From positions 331,261 through 395,260 of the forward strand of contig NIVC01000977.1 of NCBI GenBank assembly GCA_002269645.1: DNA of 64,000 nt, in the 5' to 3' direction. Positions 38,776-55,360 of this stretch are shown in pieces. The translations under genes and the position numbers were made by a program. The number at the start of each line of letters is the position of its first letter. The first letter of the stretch is position 1. Source of the DNA: Macrostomum lignano. Lineage: Eukaryota. The notes under the pieces are model-generated. The model was given only the letters and a program-made list of their open reading frames with translations. It was not told the DNA's origin and made no database searches.

Positions 38776-39558
38776 ATGCCAAGGCTGCTACTGTTGCTGT
38801 TGCTCCTGACTGCACTTGCAGTGAGTCCTTCAACTCATGCTGACAACCACACTGAGCAGAAAAACCTGTTTGAGACCGCTTGGCGGCCGCATCTGTTCAG
38901 TCTGCAGAGGGACACCAGCAGCAGCAAAAACAAAAACAATAATTGCAAATCTTCACCCCAATCCGGCGTCCTCTTCCAGCTGTTGTTGCCTAGCAACGCC
39001 GAGCGAATCATTGCGGCCGGCAAAGCTGCCAGTCGATGTCAACTTCACGAGGCCCGGCTGCCGACTTATCGAGAGGTGTACGCGATGCGAGCGGCCGTGT
39101 CGGCTGACAGTCTGGACGATTTGTTCCGAGTGAACGACACGATGCTGCAGTTTGTAGCGACCGACCTGGCCGGGTACGCCTTGGCCACGGCTGCTCAGCG
39201 ATTTCGCCTAATCCAGCTCAGTCCGCTGAGCGATGGCGCTCTCGCTCGCGTTGGAGTCAACTGCGTCATCTGCCTGCGCGATGTTGACAGCGACGGCAGC
39301 GATGGAGGCTGCGATTCAACACCAGCAACTGTCGATGGCAGCCTAGACGTTGGCAGGACTGTCTATATACTGATCTGCCTACTGTCAGTAGTGAGCTCGG
39401 TTCTGGTGGCGCTAATTATTGCCCTACTGTGCGTCAATGTTTGCCACCTGGTCTGCCGGCGTTCGGCTGTCGCTCTGGGCAACTCCGAGTTGGACGAGCT
39501 GGTGGATGCGGAGAAGATCGGGGAGCGACGGCGGCTGGAGTGCGAAAGCGGATTGTGA
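38776..39558 (+). CDS. Hypothetical single-pass type I membrane protein, 260 aa; ectodomain weakly like a C-type lectin or link module
   Basis: Leu-rich signal peptide, a Cys-containing ectodomain (AASRCQLHEARLPTYREV...CVIC), a hydrophobic helix at about aa 195-222 and a short acidic tail. Intronless and non-repetitive. Confidence 0.75.
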   Translation: MPRLLLLLLLLTALAVSPSTHADNHTEQKNLFETAWRPHLFSLQRDTSSSKNKNNNCKSSPQSGVLFQLLLPSNAERIIAAGKAASRCQLHEARLPTYREVYAMRAAVSADSLDDLFRVNDTMLQFVATDLAGYALATAAQRFRLIQLSPLSDGALARVGVNCVICLRDVDSDGSDGGCDSTPATVDGSLDVGRTVYILICLLSVVSSVLVALIIALLCVNVCHLVCRRSAVALGNSELDELVDAEKIGERRRLECESGL

Positions 39559-39624
39559 GCTGGGTGCGTTTACTCTTTCGAGGATGCGCGTAAATTTAAT
39601 GTGTAGTGTGGTGGGAATTGTCTG

Positions 39625-40107
39625 TCAAATAGGGTCTGTCAGGGGGTGGGGTGTCTATCAGAGTGTCTCCCAGAGAGTTTCTGTCATGGAGTTCCCGTCA
39701 AAAATGTCTGCCAAAGACAGACTATCGGAGAGTGTCTGTCAGAGAGTGTCTCTCAGGGCGTGTCTGTCAGGGCGTGTCTGTCAGAAAGTGTCTGTCAGGG
39801 AGTGTCTGTCAGGAAGTGTCTGTCAGGAAGTGTCTGTCAGGAAGTGTCTGTCAGGAAGTGTCTGTCAGGAAGTGTCTGTCAGGAAGTGTCTGTCAGGAAG
39901 TGTCTGTCAGGAAGTGTCTATCAGGAAGTATCTGTCAGGAAGTGTCTGTCAGGAAGTGTCTGTCAGGAAGTTTCTATCAGGAAGTGTCTGTCAGGAAGTG
40001 TCTATCAGGAAGAGTCTGTCAGGAAGTGTCTATCAGGAAGAGTCTGTCAGGAAGTGTCTATCAGGAAGTGTCTGTCAGGGAGTGTCTGTCAGGAAGTGTC
40101 TGTCAGA
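39625..40107. repeat. 14-bp minisatellite (GTCTGTCAGGAAGT) just 3' of the membrane-protein ORF
   Basis: Read directly. Confidence 0.92.
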
Positions 40108-41855
40108 GTGTCATCAAAATGAGTGTATGTTAGATAACATCTGTAAAATATTTGCCAGTCAACTGACAATGAGATGAATTCTTGGCACCAAGTGCCACTT
40201 AAATATTAAGTGTTGGAGCGCGTGTCAGAGAAGCATTCTTGATGGTTTTGTAAAACTGAATATTTATTAATATTGTTCCTTTAATTGTTAATTTCTGTCT
40301 TTTCTGGTACAAAACAAATAAATCGTCATTTTAAACAAATTTATTTTCGTGAAACACAATGACACCATAGTTTTAGCTGACAATTTTTTAATATTTAATA
40401 GTACTTTCTACATGTAGCTGGAAGAAATAGAGATGAAATGTCAGGTTGTCTTTGCTAGTTTTTTTTCTTCTGCGTATTTTACCCTCTCCATTCGCCAGAG
40501 GCGAACTGACATGGAGTTCTTCAAAGATGGAGCCTGAAACGGAGAAATTAATAAAATCGCATCTACGTGTGGTGCTGATAAAAAAATGCAATCCAGAATT
40601 CTAGATTTTCAGTACTCCACGGCTATTGGGGCACGAATCTATTAGCAAAGATAGCTATGGCCCCTGCGCTGCAGGCCAGAAGCAGACGGTCAGACACTGT
40701 TTCTGTATACCTAATTTAAGCCCCCGAAGGTAGGGTGGCGGCGGCGTCTTGACTGCATCGCAGCTACTAATAAATAGCTTCTATCAGTTGCTCGATCTTT
40801 GCGTAAATTCAAGAATTCTGTGCGATCAGCTAACCAGTCCGAAAAAAGACCTGTAGTTTTTATGATTTTGTTTTGCTTGCTAATAAAGTTTACGGTAGAA
40901 AATGTCTGCAAAAAACAAAAGTTATCTACGCAATTAAACTGTCGTTAAACTGACAACTATAGCTAGTAATTTTTGTAATTAACCCGTGCAAAGTCGAGTG
41001 AGGGTGGACCATTAAAGGACCATGGCTGATTTCTAGTGGCATGCTACCCGAAGGCCACGTCTCTATTAGAATTGAAGCCTTTCGGTTTCGATGGACTCGA
41101 ATTGTCTTGCAGCAACGGGGTGTCTATACTTCATGGATGTCGCCTGGTGCAGTGTCGAAAGGGTTCAGAGATCGGGACGGGCTGAAGATCCGTCATCTCG
41201 GTACACTTTTGTTGTATTGATTTTTATTGGTGTACTCGAATATTCTTCACAGAACTGAATGGATGGTCAAGTTTACAAAACTAACAATAAAAAAATCAAT
41301 ACAATGATTTTTAGAACGAAAATCTTATGTAATAGAAAACTATACCATATTGAAACAAAAAAGCCAAAATAAAAAATAGGAATAAAAAAGGAATAAAAAA
41401 CTACCGTAATACGAGCTAAAACAAAAAACCAATAACTATGAAAGCTATTACAACAAAAAACTAATAAAATAAAGAAATAACACAACAAAAACCAATAGCT
41501 AGCTACATGCATTAAAAGCTGTAAGAAGAGATTCGAGAATTATAAAGAGCTTAAATATTAAAATTCGTAAATTAATTTTTTTTCGTTTATTTCAGGTTTT
41601 TTAACGATTTGATACTAACCTACACTTCACTTGAGCTTAATATTTTCAGATAATCAAAAGAGATTAAGTTAGCTGGAGATTTCGAGCCATTTTTACAAAC
41701 TTGAATGAGTAAATTTAAGTCAATTGTACTTTAGTTGGAAAGGACCAGATGGTCTGGAAAGTGGAGCATTCGATAGTTTATGCGTTTAGAACAACCGCCA
41801 GCGGTTGACTTAAGCTGGTTCTCTTAAACTGTAAGCTCTAAATTACGCTAAAATG

Positions 41856-42350
<495 letters not shown>

Positions 42351-43182
42351 TATTGAGAGGCTGGGGCCGGAGGAAATCAAAAATGAATTATAACGCGTCG
42401 GGTGAAGTGAAAAGCAGATTAGGAAAGCAGGCAAAGCCGTGCAGAGAATTGGCTTAATTGCCACCGGTGCTGCTTACAAGGAAGGCATCTTGACCTGGCG
42501 TTTGTACTTAAGGAACCCCGCATGCGTTGCAATCCTTTCAGTTCTGCTGATCATGCAGCTCTATAGTTCTTTGCCGTGGCTAAGCCACAGCCTGCGATTC
42601 CATTCCTGTTTTGCTAATCCTCTCACATCCCCCTGCCTGCCACGGTGAATTCTTCTGCATTCCCATCATGTTCAGCCCAGCGCTTCGACTCAGCTGCCCA
42701 AGTCAGCAGTACAAGGATTCCAGCGTTTCTAGGCTGTCCGCACTTATCAGCTTTTGCTGGGATTGGCCAATAGGAACGGTAAAGCTATGTAGGAAAAGAA
42801 AAATGATGACCGCCCCTGCGAAACTAGCTAGCTATTCTTTTTCGTCTTAGTCAGCAGATCGGTTTCTTTTTTGCTCTGAAAACATACAACCGACGCGGCT
42901 TGAAAGCTATGGTGGTTGACGTTTCCTGGCTTCTTCTAGGGGAGAGAATTCCTAGATGGCCAAGCAACTTTTTAAAGATGAGATGCTAATTGGATGAGTG
43001 CGCGACTTCTGGCATAAATGACCTTGGAATGAAGTTTTGTATATGGCATGCAGAGTCTGCGTTAATACCCAGTTTCATGTGTAGTATCCAGTTTCATGTG
43101 TAGAATCTAATTTAATGTGTAGTATTCAGTTTCGTGTTTAGTATCCAGTTTCATGTGTAGTGCCTGCAGTTTTCATGTGTAG

Positions 43183-44142
43183 TGTTGTGCCCGTGCGCTT
43201 GCCCTGCCAAAGTGCACTCTGCCCCTCGCGCGGCATACTGTATTTGTTTTGTGCTATGTTGTTGTGCCCGTGCGCTTGCACTGCTAAAGTGCACTCTGCT
43301 CCGTTTTTGTTTTTGGTGTGATAGGCTCAGCGGTGTAAGCCGCTTAGCCCTTTGGGTTGGCTGCGCGCTGGTTGGCTGGGCCGCCCTGTTTGGCCCTGCT
43401 CCCGGGCTGCCCTCCCCCAGCTGCGCCGTGATTGGCCGGTGGGTGGCTGGGCCGGGGTGGGGCGGGGGTGGGGCGGGGGGAGCCCCCGGCCTCGGGGGAT
43501 CGTGGCCTTTTAAGGCGCGGCCGAGGCGGGTGGCTGCCGGCCCGTGTTTGTTTTGTTTGCCGCACTCTACAACGCAGGCCCAGAGCGCCGATTACAGCGT
43601 CTTTAGACCGTCCTTCCCCTAACACATACGCAATAAACGTTGACCATCGGGTCCACCAGCCGCGAGCAGACCTCAGCTACGATTTATTGACCGCACGCGC
43701 AAAGGCGAGCCATCCGCGAAGTAAGTCACTGCCTTGTCTCTTTCATTTCGGGAGCTGTAGCTCAGGGGGGACCAGGCCAGGTAGTCAGCTAGGGGTCACC
43801 CTGTACTGTAAGCCCGCTGTACATAGACGCCAGCTTGTGCGCCCTGACGCCCTGCTGAAGGTGATCGACATCACAGCGTCCCTACGCGTGTGCCGGACAC
43901 TTGGGTGCGTCCTGACGCCCCAGACCTAGGGTCCCGTTCCCTACGCGTGTGCCGGACACTTGGGTGCGTCCTGACGCCCCAGACCTAGGGTCCCGTTCCC
44001 TACGCGTGTGCCGGACACTTGGGTGCGTCCTGACACCCCAGACCTAGGGTCCCGTGCGGACACTCGCGCCCCGACGCAGGCCAGCACGGGCCCACGTACT
44101 CTGACCCTCGTAGGTGCACCCTTCCTGAGAGTCGTGAGTACA
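43183..44142. mobile_element. GC-rich ~960-bp insertion (solo-LTR-like) interrupting a 19-bp minisatellite; contains three 59-bp internal repeats
   Basis: GTAGTATCCAGTTTCATGT units flank both sides (43068-43182 and 44146-44215). It has TG...CA ends, ATTGG/CCAAT and GC boxes, and an AATAAA. A partial second copy lies at 49770-50457. No clean TSD. Confidence 0.45.
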
Positions 44143-44313
44143 ATAGTAGTATTCAGCTTCATGTGTAGTATCCAATTTAATGTGTAGTATCCAGTTTCAT
44201 GTGTACCCAGAATCATGTACATGTATAGCTATCTCATTAAATTCACATGCTTATTTCTTTTTTCAGTCTGACATTAGCCTGATGCAAAGTCAATTCAGTC
44301 TATGTCAATTTCA

Positions 44314-44614
44314 TTAATAATAATAATTTTTACCTGCCCTAACGGGCAGATGTGCGACCGACAGCTCAGCCACAGCTATTGCGCGGCGCATCTGAAGGCT
44401 GCGTACGGCTGTTCAGTCCAAGGACTGGGGGGTCGCCACACGCACCCTCAATTACCCCAGCTAATGCTGGCACCCATTTTACAGCTGGGTGAACTGAAGC
44501 AATGCAGAGTTAAGCGTCTTGCTCAAGGACACAAATTGTTCGAGTGAGATCGGGAATCGAACCCCCGACCTTCCAGTCGTGAGTCCGACGCTCTAACCAC
44601 TAGGCTACAACCCC
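44314..44614 (-). mobile_element. tRNA-derived CORE-type SINE, 301 bp, with 8-bp TSD CAATTTCA
   Basis: The minus strand has an A box (TAGTGGTTAGA), a B box (GGTTCGATTCC), then TGTGTCCTTGAGCAAGACGCTTAAC...CAGCTGTAAAATGGG (MIR/AFC CORE-like) and a (TTA)n tail. The direct repeat lies at 44306-44313 and 44615-44622. Confidence 0.85.
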
Positions 44615-45422
44615 CAATTTCACTAGATATGTGCTTAACCTTGCGAAGCATTATCCATAGTCTCTGACGAATGAAAAGTGCACAAATAAGATTCAATCCA
44701 TATTGAATGCCCTGCAGACATTCTCTCGTCCTCCTCTCTCCGCAATGCACCCTGCGGTTACATTATTCAGGCGAGAAAAAAGTCTTCTTCAGCTAATATG
44801 TAGTAGAGGCAAAAGCAGAAGTTTGACTATTATAGAAGGCGGCAGCTGATGATGGAGCGATGCGGTAAAAGCTTGAGGGGGAATGCAGCCCCAACAGATG
44901 GCATTCCGGTAGAAGAGTTCGGTAGAACAGACGGTTGGCCGAGGGTCAATAATGCAACAGTCTGTTTAACAGTGCAGCATCTGATGACGCTGACTGAGCA
45001 TCTGACCTGCTAGGCTTGATGCTGACCGCTTGTAGTATCCGGTTTAATCTGTGGCACACAGTTTTATGTCTACAAACCCCATGAACTCATCCAGTCCTGA
45101 CCTCATGAAATCACAAGCTCTTGAACTTCTGTGCCTATGAACTAGGAACTGAATTGGAATCTCGGCTTGGCTCTGCTCGTGCAATTAACGCCAACCTAGG
45201 GCCAATTTAGGGCCAACCCCCAAGGCACAGTGAAGTGTACTTGCTTAACGATAAATAATAGAGGTAGGGCCGCTGTACACTCCTGTGTGAGTGTGTGCCT
45301 GCGCGTATGTCAGCGTACGTATCCGCGCGCTTGTTTGCCTGCTCAGGGGCGTTGGCGGAATGTGTGATAATGTCGTTTAAAGTGCTCCAGGGTGCACACA
45401 GCCCCCTGCCTCTAATAAAAAG

Positions 45423-46020
45423 CCCATGAACTACTGAACTGCTGAGCCATGAACTACTGAACTTCTGAGCCCATGAACTACTGAACTGCTGAGCCCATGA
45501 ACTACTGAACTGCTGAGCCATGAACTACTGAACTTCTGAGCCCATGAACTACTGAACTGCTGAGCCCATGAACTACTGAACTGCTGAGCCCATGAACTAC
45601 TGAACTTCTGAGCCCATGAACTACTGAACTGCTGAGCCCATGAACTACTGAACTGCTGAGCCCATGAACTACTGAACTGCTGAGCCCATGAACTACTGAA
45701 CTTCTGAGCCCATGAACTACTGAACTGCTGAGCCATGAACTACTGAACTTCTGAGCCCATGAACTACTGAACTGCTGAGCCCATGAACTACTGAACTTCT
45801 GAGCCCATGAACTACTGAACTGCTGAGCCCATGAACTACTGAACTTCTGAGCCCATGAACTACTGAACTGCTGAGCCATGAACTACTGAACTTCTGAGCC
45901 CATGAACTACTGAACTGCTGAGCCCATGAACTACTGAACTTCTGAGCCCATGAACTACTGAACTGCTGAGCCCATGAACTACTGAACTGCTGAGCCCATG
46001 AACTACTGAACTGCTGAGCC
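45423..46020. repeat. 24-bp minisatellite (GAGCCCATGAACTACTGAACTGCT), copy 1
   Basis: Read directly; includes several 23-bp units. Confidence 0.94.
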
Positions 46021-46576
46021 GACTCCACACTAAACATGGTTGATTCCCAAATTTTCTCTCAGCAAATAGCCAGCCATGCAGATCCACTTGTCCTTGATCG
46101 AGAAAAAGTTTCTGTTAATTCCCACCCGAGCTCCAACCCTCCGCCCAAGACTTTTCGAGTATGTTCGAGTAACTATAGCCTGCCCCAATCCAGTAGGAAT
46201 AGCAAAGCAAATGTTTGATTTAAGCCTCAGGGTCTGCTACTGGTTGGGAATCCGGCATATGGAGCCTTGTGGAGAAGTTCATCTACAAAACTGCTTGATC
46301 TGATCGTTAAATTCCATGTCACTGCTAACATCCGAACCCCTAGATTATAACAGTTATCTTCTCATCCTTCTTTCTTGCGCTGTTTTGTCTCTTCTCTCTT
46401 GTCCTGTGTCTCTCTTGAGTGTCTAGTTTTGTATAGATCTCGTCCTGTCTTTCCTCCATTTTTCTTGTCCTTTCTATCTTATCTAATCTTCTTGTCTCCT
46501 CTTTTCTGTCTTTTATTTGTCTTGCGCGTTTCTCTTTCTTGTCTTGTGCCCCAGCTACCCCAAAAAAGTCAATAAA

Positions 46577-48060
<1,484 letters not shown>

Positions 48061-50628
48061 CGTTTGTGTCCGTCACGCCTGGATGAGGCAATATTGGGCA
48101 AGGCCCAGACCGAATCGATGGACCAGCAGCGGTTGACACGCTAAAATTGACTTGCTCAGCTCTGCCTCTCTGCAGATTCTGCGGCTTAATAAAAATGAGA
48201 ACCTCATCGAATACAAGAGTCAGGTGACACGAGGCTCACTGACCGAATTCTACAAACTGTTTACGGAGAGTGCACATGCCTGAAGATTTAGAAAGTCAGG
48301 GGCCGCTGTACACCCTGTTGTGAGCGTGTGCATGAGTGCTGTGCATGAGTACAGTATTGGCACGTTTGTATGTGCTCAGATATAATTTATCTTTTCCTGC
48401 AAAAATCAAACTGACCATTGGGTGGGTGGCTGCAGTTTTTGCGGCGTTGGTTCAGAAAATCAGAGTTTCTACTCACGAATAGCCTTAGATCAAGTTGACT
48501 TAATTCCTTGTGACCTTTTTTGTTCTTCACTTGCTTTCGCAATGTGACTACTAACGATTTAGTAGTTTACAATCGTTAGGTTAGAGTTTAGTTTATGGTT
48601 CGGTTCGGTGCTCTCGCCACCTTTCTCCCTTCCTCCATTCACTCTGTCGCTTTCACCATTCACTCGCAATCTTGACCCAACTCCACTTGAGATCTCTTTT
48701 GGATCCTCTCTTCTTCCATTTGAATATGTATCACCCCAGTCTCACAATGCACCCATCAAGATGCACGTCGCTTTCTGCCCAGCCTTTTGTGCCTCTTTCT
48801 CATTCGATATTTGCCTACGAGTATATAGCTCAAGTGGACAGGTATTGTGCCGCCGTTAACAAAGTTTGACCCGCGATTGAAAAGAAATTGTTGGTCAAGT
48901 CAATTCTAGCAGATCTACCGAGATTAATTAAATTGCTGCATTTGGATGACCAAGAAATTCTATACGTCTCATGATTAGTTTACTTGTAATTTCGCTTACT
49001 CTTATGCCATTGCTGATAGGAAGCGATGTAGAGCTGTCGCTCAATTGTAGCAGAGTTTGTAGGCAATTACTGATTGGCTCTGAAATATGAGCGCTAATGC
49101 TCTATGTGAATGATTATTTGAGCGAAACTTTATCAGAAATTGCATTTGAGGTACGCTTGTACTTGTATCAATCGATATGAGTTACTCAGATATCCTCTCA
49201 TTTTCGAATTTTCGCAGGTTCTGAACTCTTTTTCTGAAGACCCTAAAGATCTCAAGACCCTGAAACCCAATCTGAAGACCCTTGCCCTCATATAATGCTT
49301 TTGTCACTCTTGGTGCACTTTCTTGCTGAGCACTGATTGGCTGGACGTTTTTTTCTCTAGCTGTCTGTACCCCTCCTCCATCCCTGACTACCCCATGCGC
49401 GTTACTTTCTCTCCTTGCGCGGCGCTGATTGGCTGGAGAAGGCTGGGCGGGGCGCTGTCTGCGCGGCTGGGGTGGGGTCGCTTGTTAAGCCTGCATGCCC
49501 CCCGTGCCGGCTGTGGCCTATATAGGCCTAGTCGCACTGAAAGACATCATGCCAGTTTGCATTAGTAAGCTAAGAAGTTAAATAAGGTACACGTATTGCC
49601 AGCTAAGCAAAGTGAGCTGTGTTTCGCAGTCTTCGTTCTATCAATTGCTTAGGGGAACCTAAGGGGAGTTGTGTTCGGACACCCAGTCACGTGGGAGCGT
49701 CCTGACGCGGGCAATCAAGGACCCGTGTACCAATACTGCACTAGTATACATTTGAACTGTTATCTGAAGGGGGTGGGGCGGGGGTGGGGCGGGGGGAGCC
49801 CCCGGCCTCGGGGGATCGTGGCCTTTTAAGGCGCGGCCGAGGCGGGTGGCTGCCGGCCCGTGTTTGTTTTGTTTGCCGCACTCTACAACGCAGGCCCAGA
49901 GCGCCGATTACAGCGTCTTTAGACCGTCCTTCCCCTAACACATACGCAATAAACGTTGACCATCGGGTCCACCAGCCGCGAGCAGACCTCAGCTACGATA
50001 TATTGACCGCACGCGCAAAGGCGAGCCATCCGCGAAGTAAGTCACTGCCTTGTCTCTTTCATTTCGGGAGCTGTAGCTCAGGGGGACCAGGCCAGGTAGT
50101 CAGCTAGGGGTCACCCTGTACTGTAAGCCCGCTGTACATAGACGCCAGCTTGTGCGCCCTGACGCCCTGCTGAAGGTGATCGACATCACAGCGTCCCTAC
50201 GCGTGTGCCGGACACTTGGGTGCGTCCTGACGCCCCAGACCTAGGGTCCCGTTCCCTACGCGTGTGCCGGACACTTGGGTGCGTCCTGACGCCCCAGACC
50301 TAGGGTCCCGTTCCCTACGCGTGTGCCGGACACTTGGGTGCGTCATGACACCCCAGACCTAGGGTCCCGTGCGGACACTCGCGCCCCGACGCAGGCCAGC
50401 ACGGGCCCACGTACTCTGACCCTCGTAGGTGCACCCTTCCTGAGAGTCGTGAGTACAATAGTAGTATTCAGCTTCATGTGTAGTATCCAATTTAATGTGT
50501 AGTATCCAGTTTCATGTGTACCCAGAATCATGTACATGTATAGCTATCTCATTAAATTCACATGCTTATTTCTTTTTTCAGTCTGACATTAGCCTGATGC
50601 AAAGTCAATTCAGTCTATGTCAATTTCA

Positions 50629-50929
50629 TTAATAATAATAATTTTTACCTGCCCTAACGGGCAGATGTGCGACCGACAGCTCAGCCACAGCTATTGCGCG
50701 GCGCATCTGAAGGCTGCGTACGGCTGTTCAGTCCAAGGACTGGGGGGTCGCCACACGCACCCTCAATTACCCCAGCTAATGCTGGCACCCATTTTACAGC
50801 TGGGTGAACTGAAGCAATGCAGAGTTAAGCGTCTTGCTCAAGGACACAAATTGTTCGAGTGAGATCGGGAATCGAACCCCCGACCTTCCAGTCGTGAGTC
50901 CGACGCTCTAACCACTAGGCTACAACCCC
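50629..50929 (-). mobile_element. Second (duplicated) copy of the CORE-type SINE
   Basis: Same sequence as 44314-44614, with the TSD at 50621-50628 and 50930-50937. Confidence 0.85.
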
Positions 50930-51735
50930 CAATTTCACTAGATATGTGCTTAACCTTGCGAAGCATTATCCATAGTCTCTGACGAATGAAAAGTGCACAA
51001 ATAAGATTCAATCCATATTGAATGCCCTGCAGACATTCTCTCGTCCTCCTCTCTCCGCAATGCACCCTGCGGTTACATTATTCAGGCGAGAAAAAAGTCT
51101 TCTTCAGCTAATATGTAGTAGAGGCAAAAGCAGAAGTTTGACTATTATAGAAGGCGGCAGCTGATGATGGAGCGATGCGGTAAAAGCTTGAGGGGGAATG
51201 CAGCCCCAACAGATGGCATTCCGGTAGAAGAGTTCGGTAGAACAGACGGTTGGCCGAGGGTCAATAATGCAACAGTCTGTTTAACAGTGCAGCATCTGAT
51301 GACGCTGACTGAGCATCTGACCTGCTAGGCTTGATGCTGACCGCTTGTAGTATCCGGTTTAATCTGTGGCACACAGTTTTATGTCTACAAACCCCATGAA
51401 CTCATCCAGTCCTGACCTCATGAAATCACAAGCTCTTGAACTTCTGTGCCTATGAACTAGGAACTGAATTGGAATCTCGGCTTGGCTCTGCTCGTGCAAT
51501 TAACGCCAACCTAGGGCCAATTTAGGGCCAACCCCCAAGGCACAGTGAAGTGTACTTGCTTAACGATAAATAATAGAGGTAGGGCCGCTGTACACTCCTG
51601 TGTGAGTGTGTGCCTGCGCGTATGTCAGCGTACGTATCCGCGCGCTTGTTTGCCTGCTCAGGGGCGTTGGCGGAATGTGTGATAATGTCGTTTAAAGTGC
51701 TCCAGGGTGCACACAGCCCCTGCCTCTAATAAAAA

Positions 51736-52337
51736 GCCCATGAACTACTGAACTGCTGAGCCCATGAACTACTGAACTTCTGAGCCATGAACTACTGAAC
51801 TGCTGAGCCCATGAACTACTGAACTGCTGAGCCCATGAACTACTGAACTTCTGAGCCCATGAACTACTGAACTGCTGAGCCCATGAACTACTGAACTGCT
51901 GAGCCCATGAACTACTGAACTTCTGAGCCCATGAACTACTGAACTGCTGAGCCCATGAACTACTGAACTGCTGAGCCCATGAACTACTGAACTGCTGAGC
52001 CCATGAACTACTGAACTGCTGAGCCCATGAACTACTGAACTGCTGAGCCCATGAACTACTGAACTTCTGAGCCCATGAACTACTGAACTGCTGAGCCCAT
52101 GAACTACTGAACTTCTGAGCCCATGAACTACTGAACTGCTGAGCCCATGAACTACTGAACTTCTGAGCCCATGAACTACTGAACTGCTGAGCCCATGAAC
52201 TACTGAACTTCTGAGCCCATGAACTACTGAACTGCTGAGCCCATGAACTACTGAACTTCTGAGCCCATGAACTACTGAACTGCTGAGCCCATGAACTACT
52301 GAACTGCTGAGCCCATGAACTACTGAACTGCTGAGCC
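51736..52337. repeat. 24-bp minisatellite, copy 2
   Basis: Read directly. Confidence 0.94.
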
Positions 52338-52893
52338 GACTCCACACTAAACATGGTTGATTCCCAAATTTTCTCTCAGCAAATAGCCAGCCATGCAGAT
52401 CCACTTGTCCTTGATCGAGAAAAAGTTTCTGTTAATTCCCACCCGAGCTCCAACCCTCCGCCCAAGACTTTTCGAGTATGTTCGAGTAACTATAGCCTGC
52501 CCCAATCCAGTAGGAATAGCAAAGCAAATGTTTGATTTAAGCCTCAGGGTCTGCTACTGGTTGGGAATCCGGCATATGGAGCCTTGTGGAGAAGTTCATC
52601 TACAAAACTGCTTGATCTGATCGTTAAATTCCATGTCACTGCTAACATCCGAACCCCTAGATTATAACAGTTATCTTCTCATCCTTCTTTCTTGCGCTGT
52701 TTTGTCTCTTCTCTCTTGTCCTGTGTCTCTCTTGAGTGTCTAGTTTTGTATAGATCTCGTCCTGTCTTTCCTCCATTTTTCTTGTCCTTTCTATCTTATC
52801 TAATCTTCTTGTCTCCTCTTTTCTGTCTTTTATTTGTCTTGCGCGTTTCTCTTTCTTGTCTTGTGCCCCAGCTACCCCAAAAAAGTCAATAAA

Positions 52894-54137
<1,244 letters not shown>

Positions 54138-55360
54138 CGTTTGTGTCCGTCACGCCTGGATGAGGCAATATTGGGCAAGGCCCAGACCGAATCGATGGAC
54201 CAGCAGCGGTTGACACGCTAAAATTGACTTGCTCAGCTCTGCCTCTCTGCAGATTCTGCGGCTTAATAAAAATGAGAACCTCATCGAATACAAGAGTCAG
54301 GTGACACGAGGCTCACTGACCGAATTCTACAAACTGTTTACGGAGAGTGCACATGCCTGAAGATTTAGAAAGTCAGGGGCCGCTGTACACCCTGTTGTGA
54401 GCGTGTGCATGAGTGCTGTGCATGAGTACAGTATTGGCACGTTTGTATGTGCTCAGATATAATTTATCTTTTCCTGCAAAAATCAAACTGACCATTGGGT
54501 GGGTGGCTGCAGTTTTTGCGGCGTTGGTTCAGAAAATCAGAGTTTCTACTCACGAATAGCCTTAGATCAAGTTGACTTAATTCCTTGTGACCTTTTTTGT
54601 TCTTCACTTGCTTTCGCAATGTGACTACTAACGATTTAGTAGTTTACAATCGTTAGGTTAGAGTTTAGTTTATGGTTCGGTTCGGTGCTCTCGCCACCTT
54701 TCTCCCTTCCTCCATTCACTCTGTCGCTTTCACCATTCACTCGCAATCTTGACCCAACTCCACTTGAGATCTCTTTTGGATCCTCTCTTCTTCCATTTGA
54801 ATATGTATCACCCCAGTCTCACAATGCACCCATCAAGATGCACGTCGCTTTCTGCCCAGCCTTTTGTGCCTCTTTCTCATTCGATATTTGCCTACGAGTA
54901 TATAGCTCAAGTGGACAGGTATTGTGCCGCCGTTAACAAAGTTTGACCCGCGATTGAAAAGAAATTGTTGGTCAAGTCAATTCTAGCAGATCTACCGAGA
55001 TTAATTAAATTGCTGCATTTGGATGACCAAGAAATTCTATACGTCTCATGATTAGTTTACTTGTAATTTCGCTTACTCTTATGCCATTGCTGATAGGAAG
55101 CGATGTAGAGCTGTCGCTCAATTGTAGCAGAGTTTGTAGGCAATTACTGATTGGCTCTGAAATATGAGCGCTAATGCTCTATGTGAATGATTATTTGAGC
55201 GAAACTTTATCAGAAATTGCATTTGAGGTACGCTTGTACTTGTATCAATCGATATGAGTTACTCAGATATCCTCTCATTTTCGAATTTTCGCAGGTTCTG
55301 AACTCTTTTTCTGAAGACCCTAAAGATCTCAAGACCCTGAAACCCAATCTGAAGACCCTT

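Noticed and set aside
40955-41010. AACCCGTGCAAAGTCGAGTG, resembling a Helitron 3' hairpin
   Set aside because: The hairpin is imperfect, there is no downstream CTAG at the expected position, and no 5' end was found.
44545-44614. tRNA gene (CAC anticodon position)
   Set aside because: The anticodon, T and acceptor stems pair poorly, and it runs straight into a SINE body with a tail and TSD.
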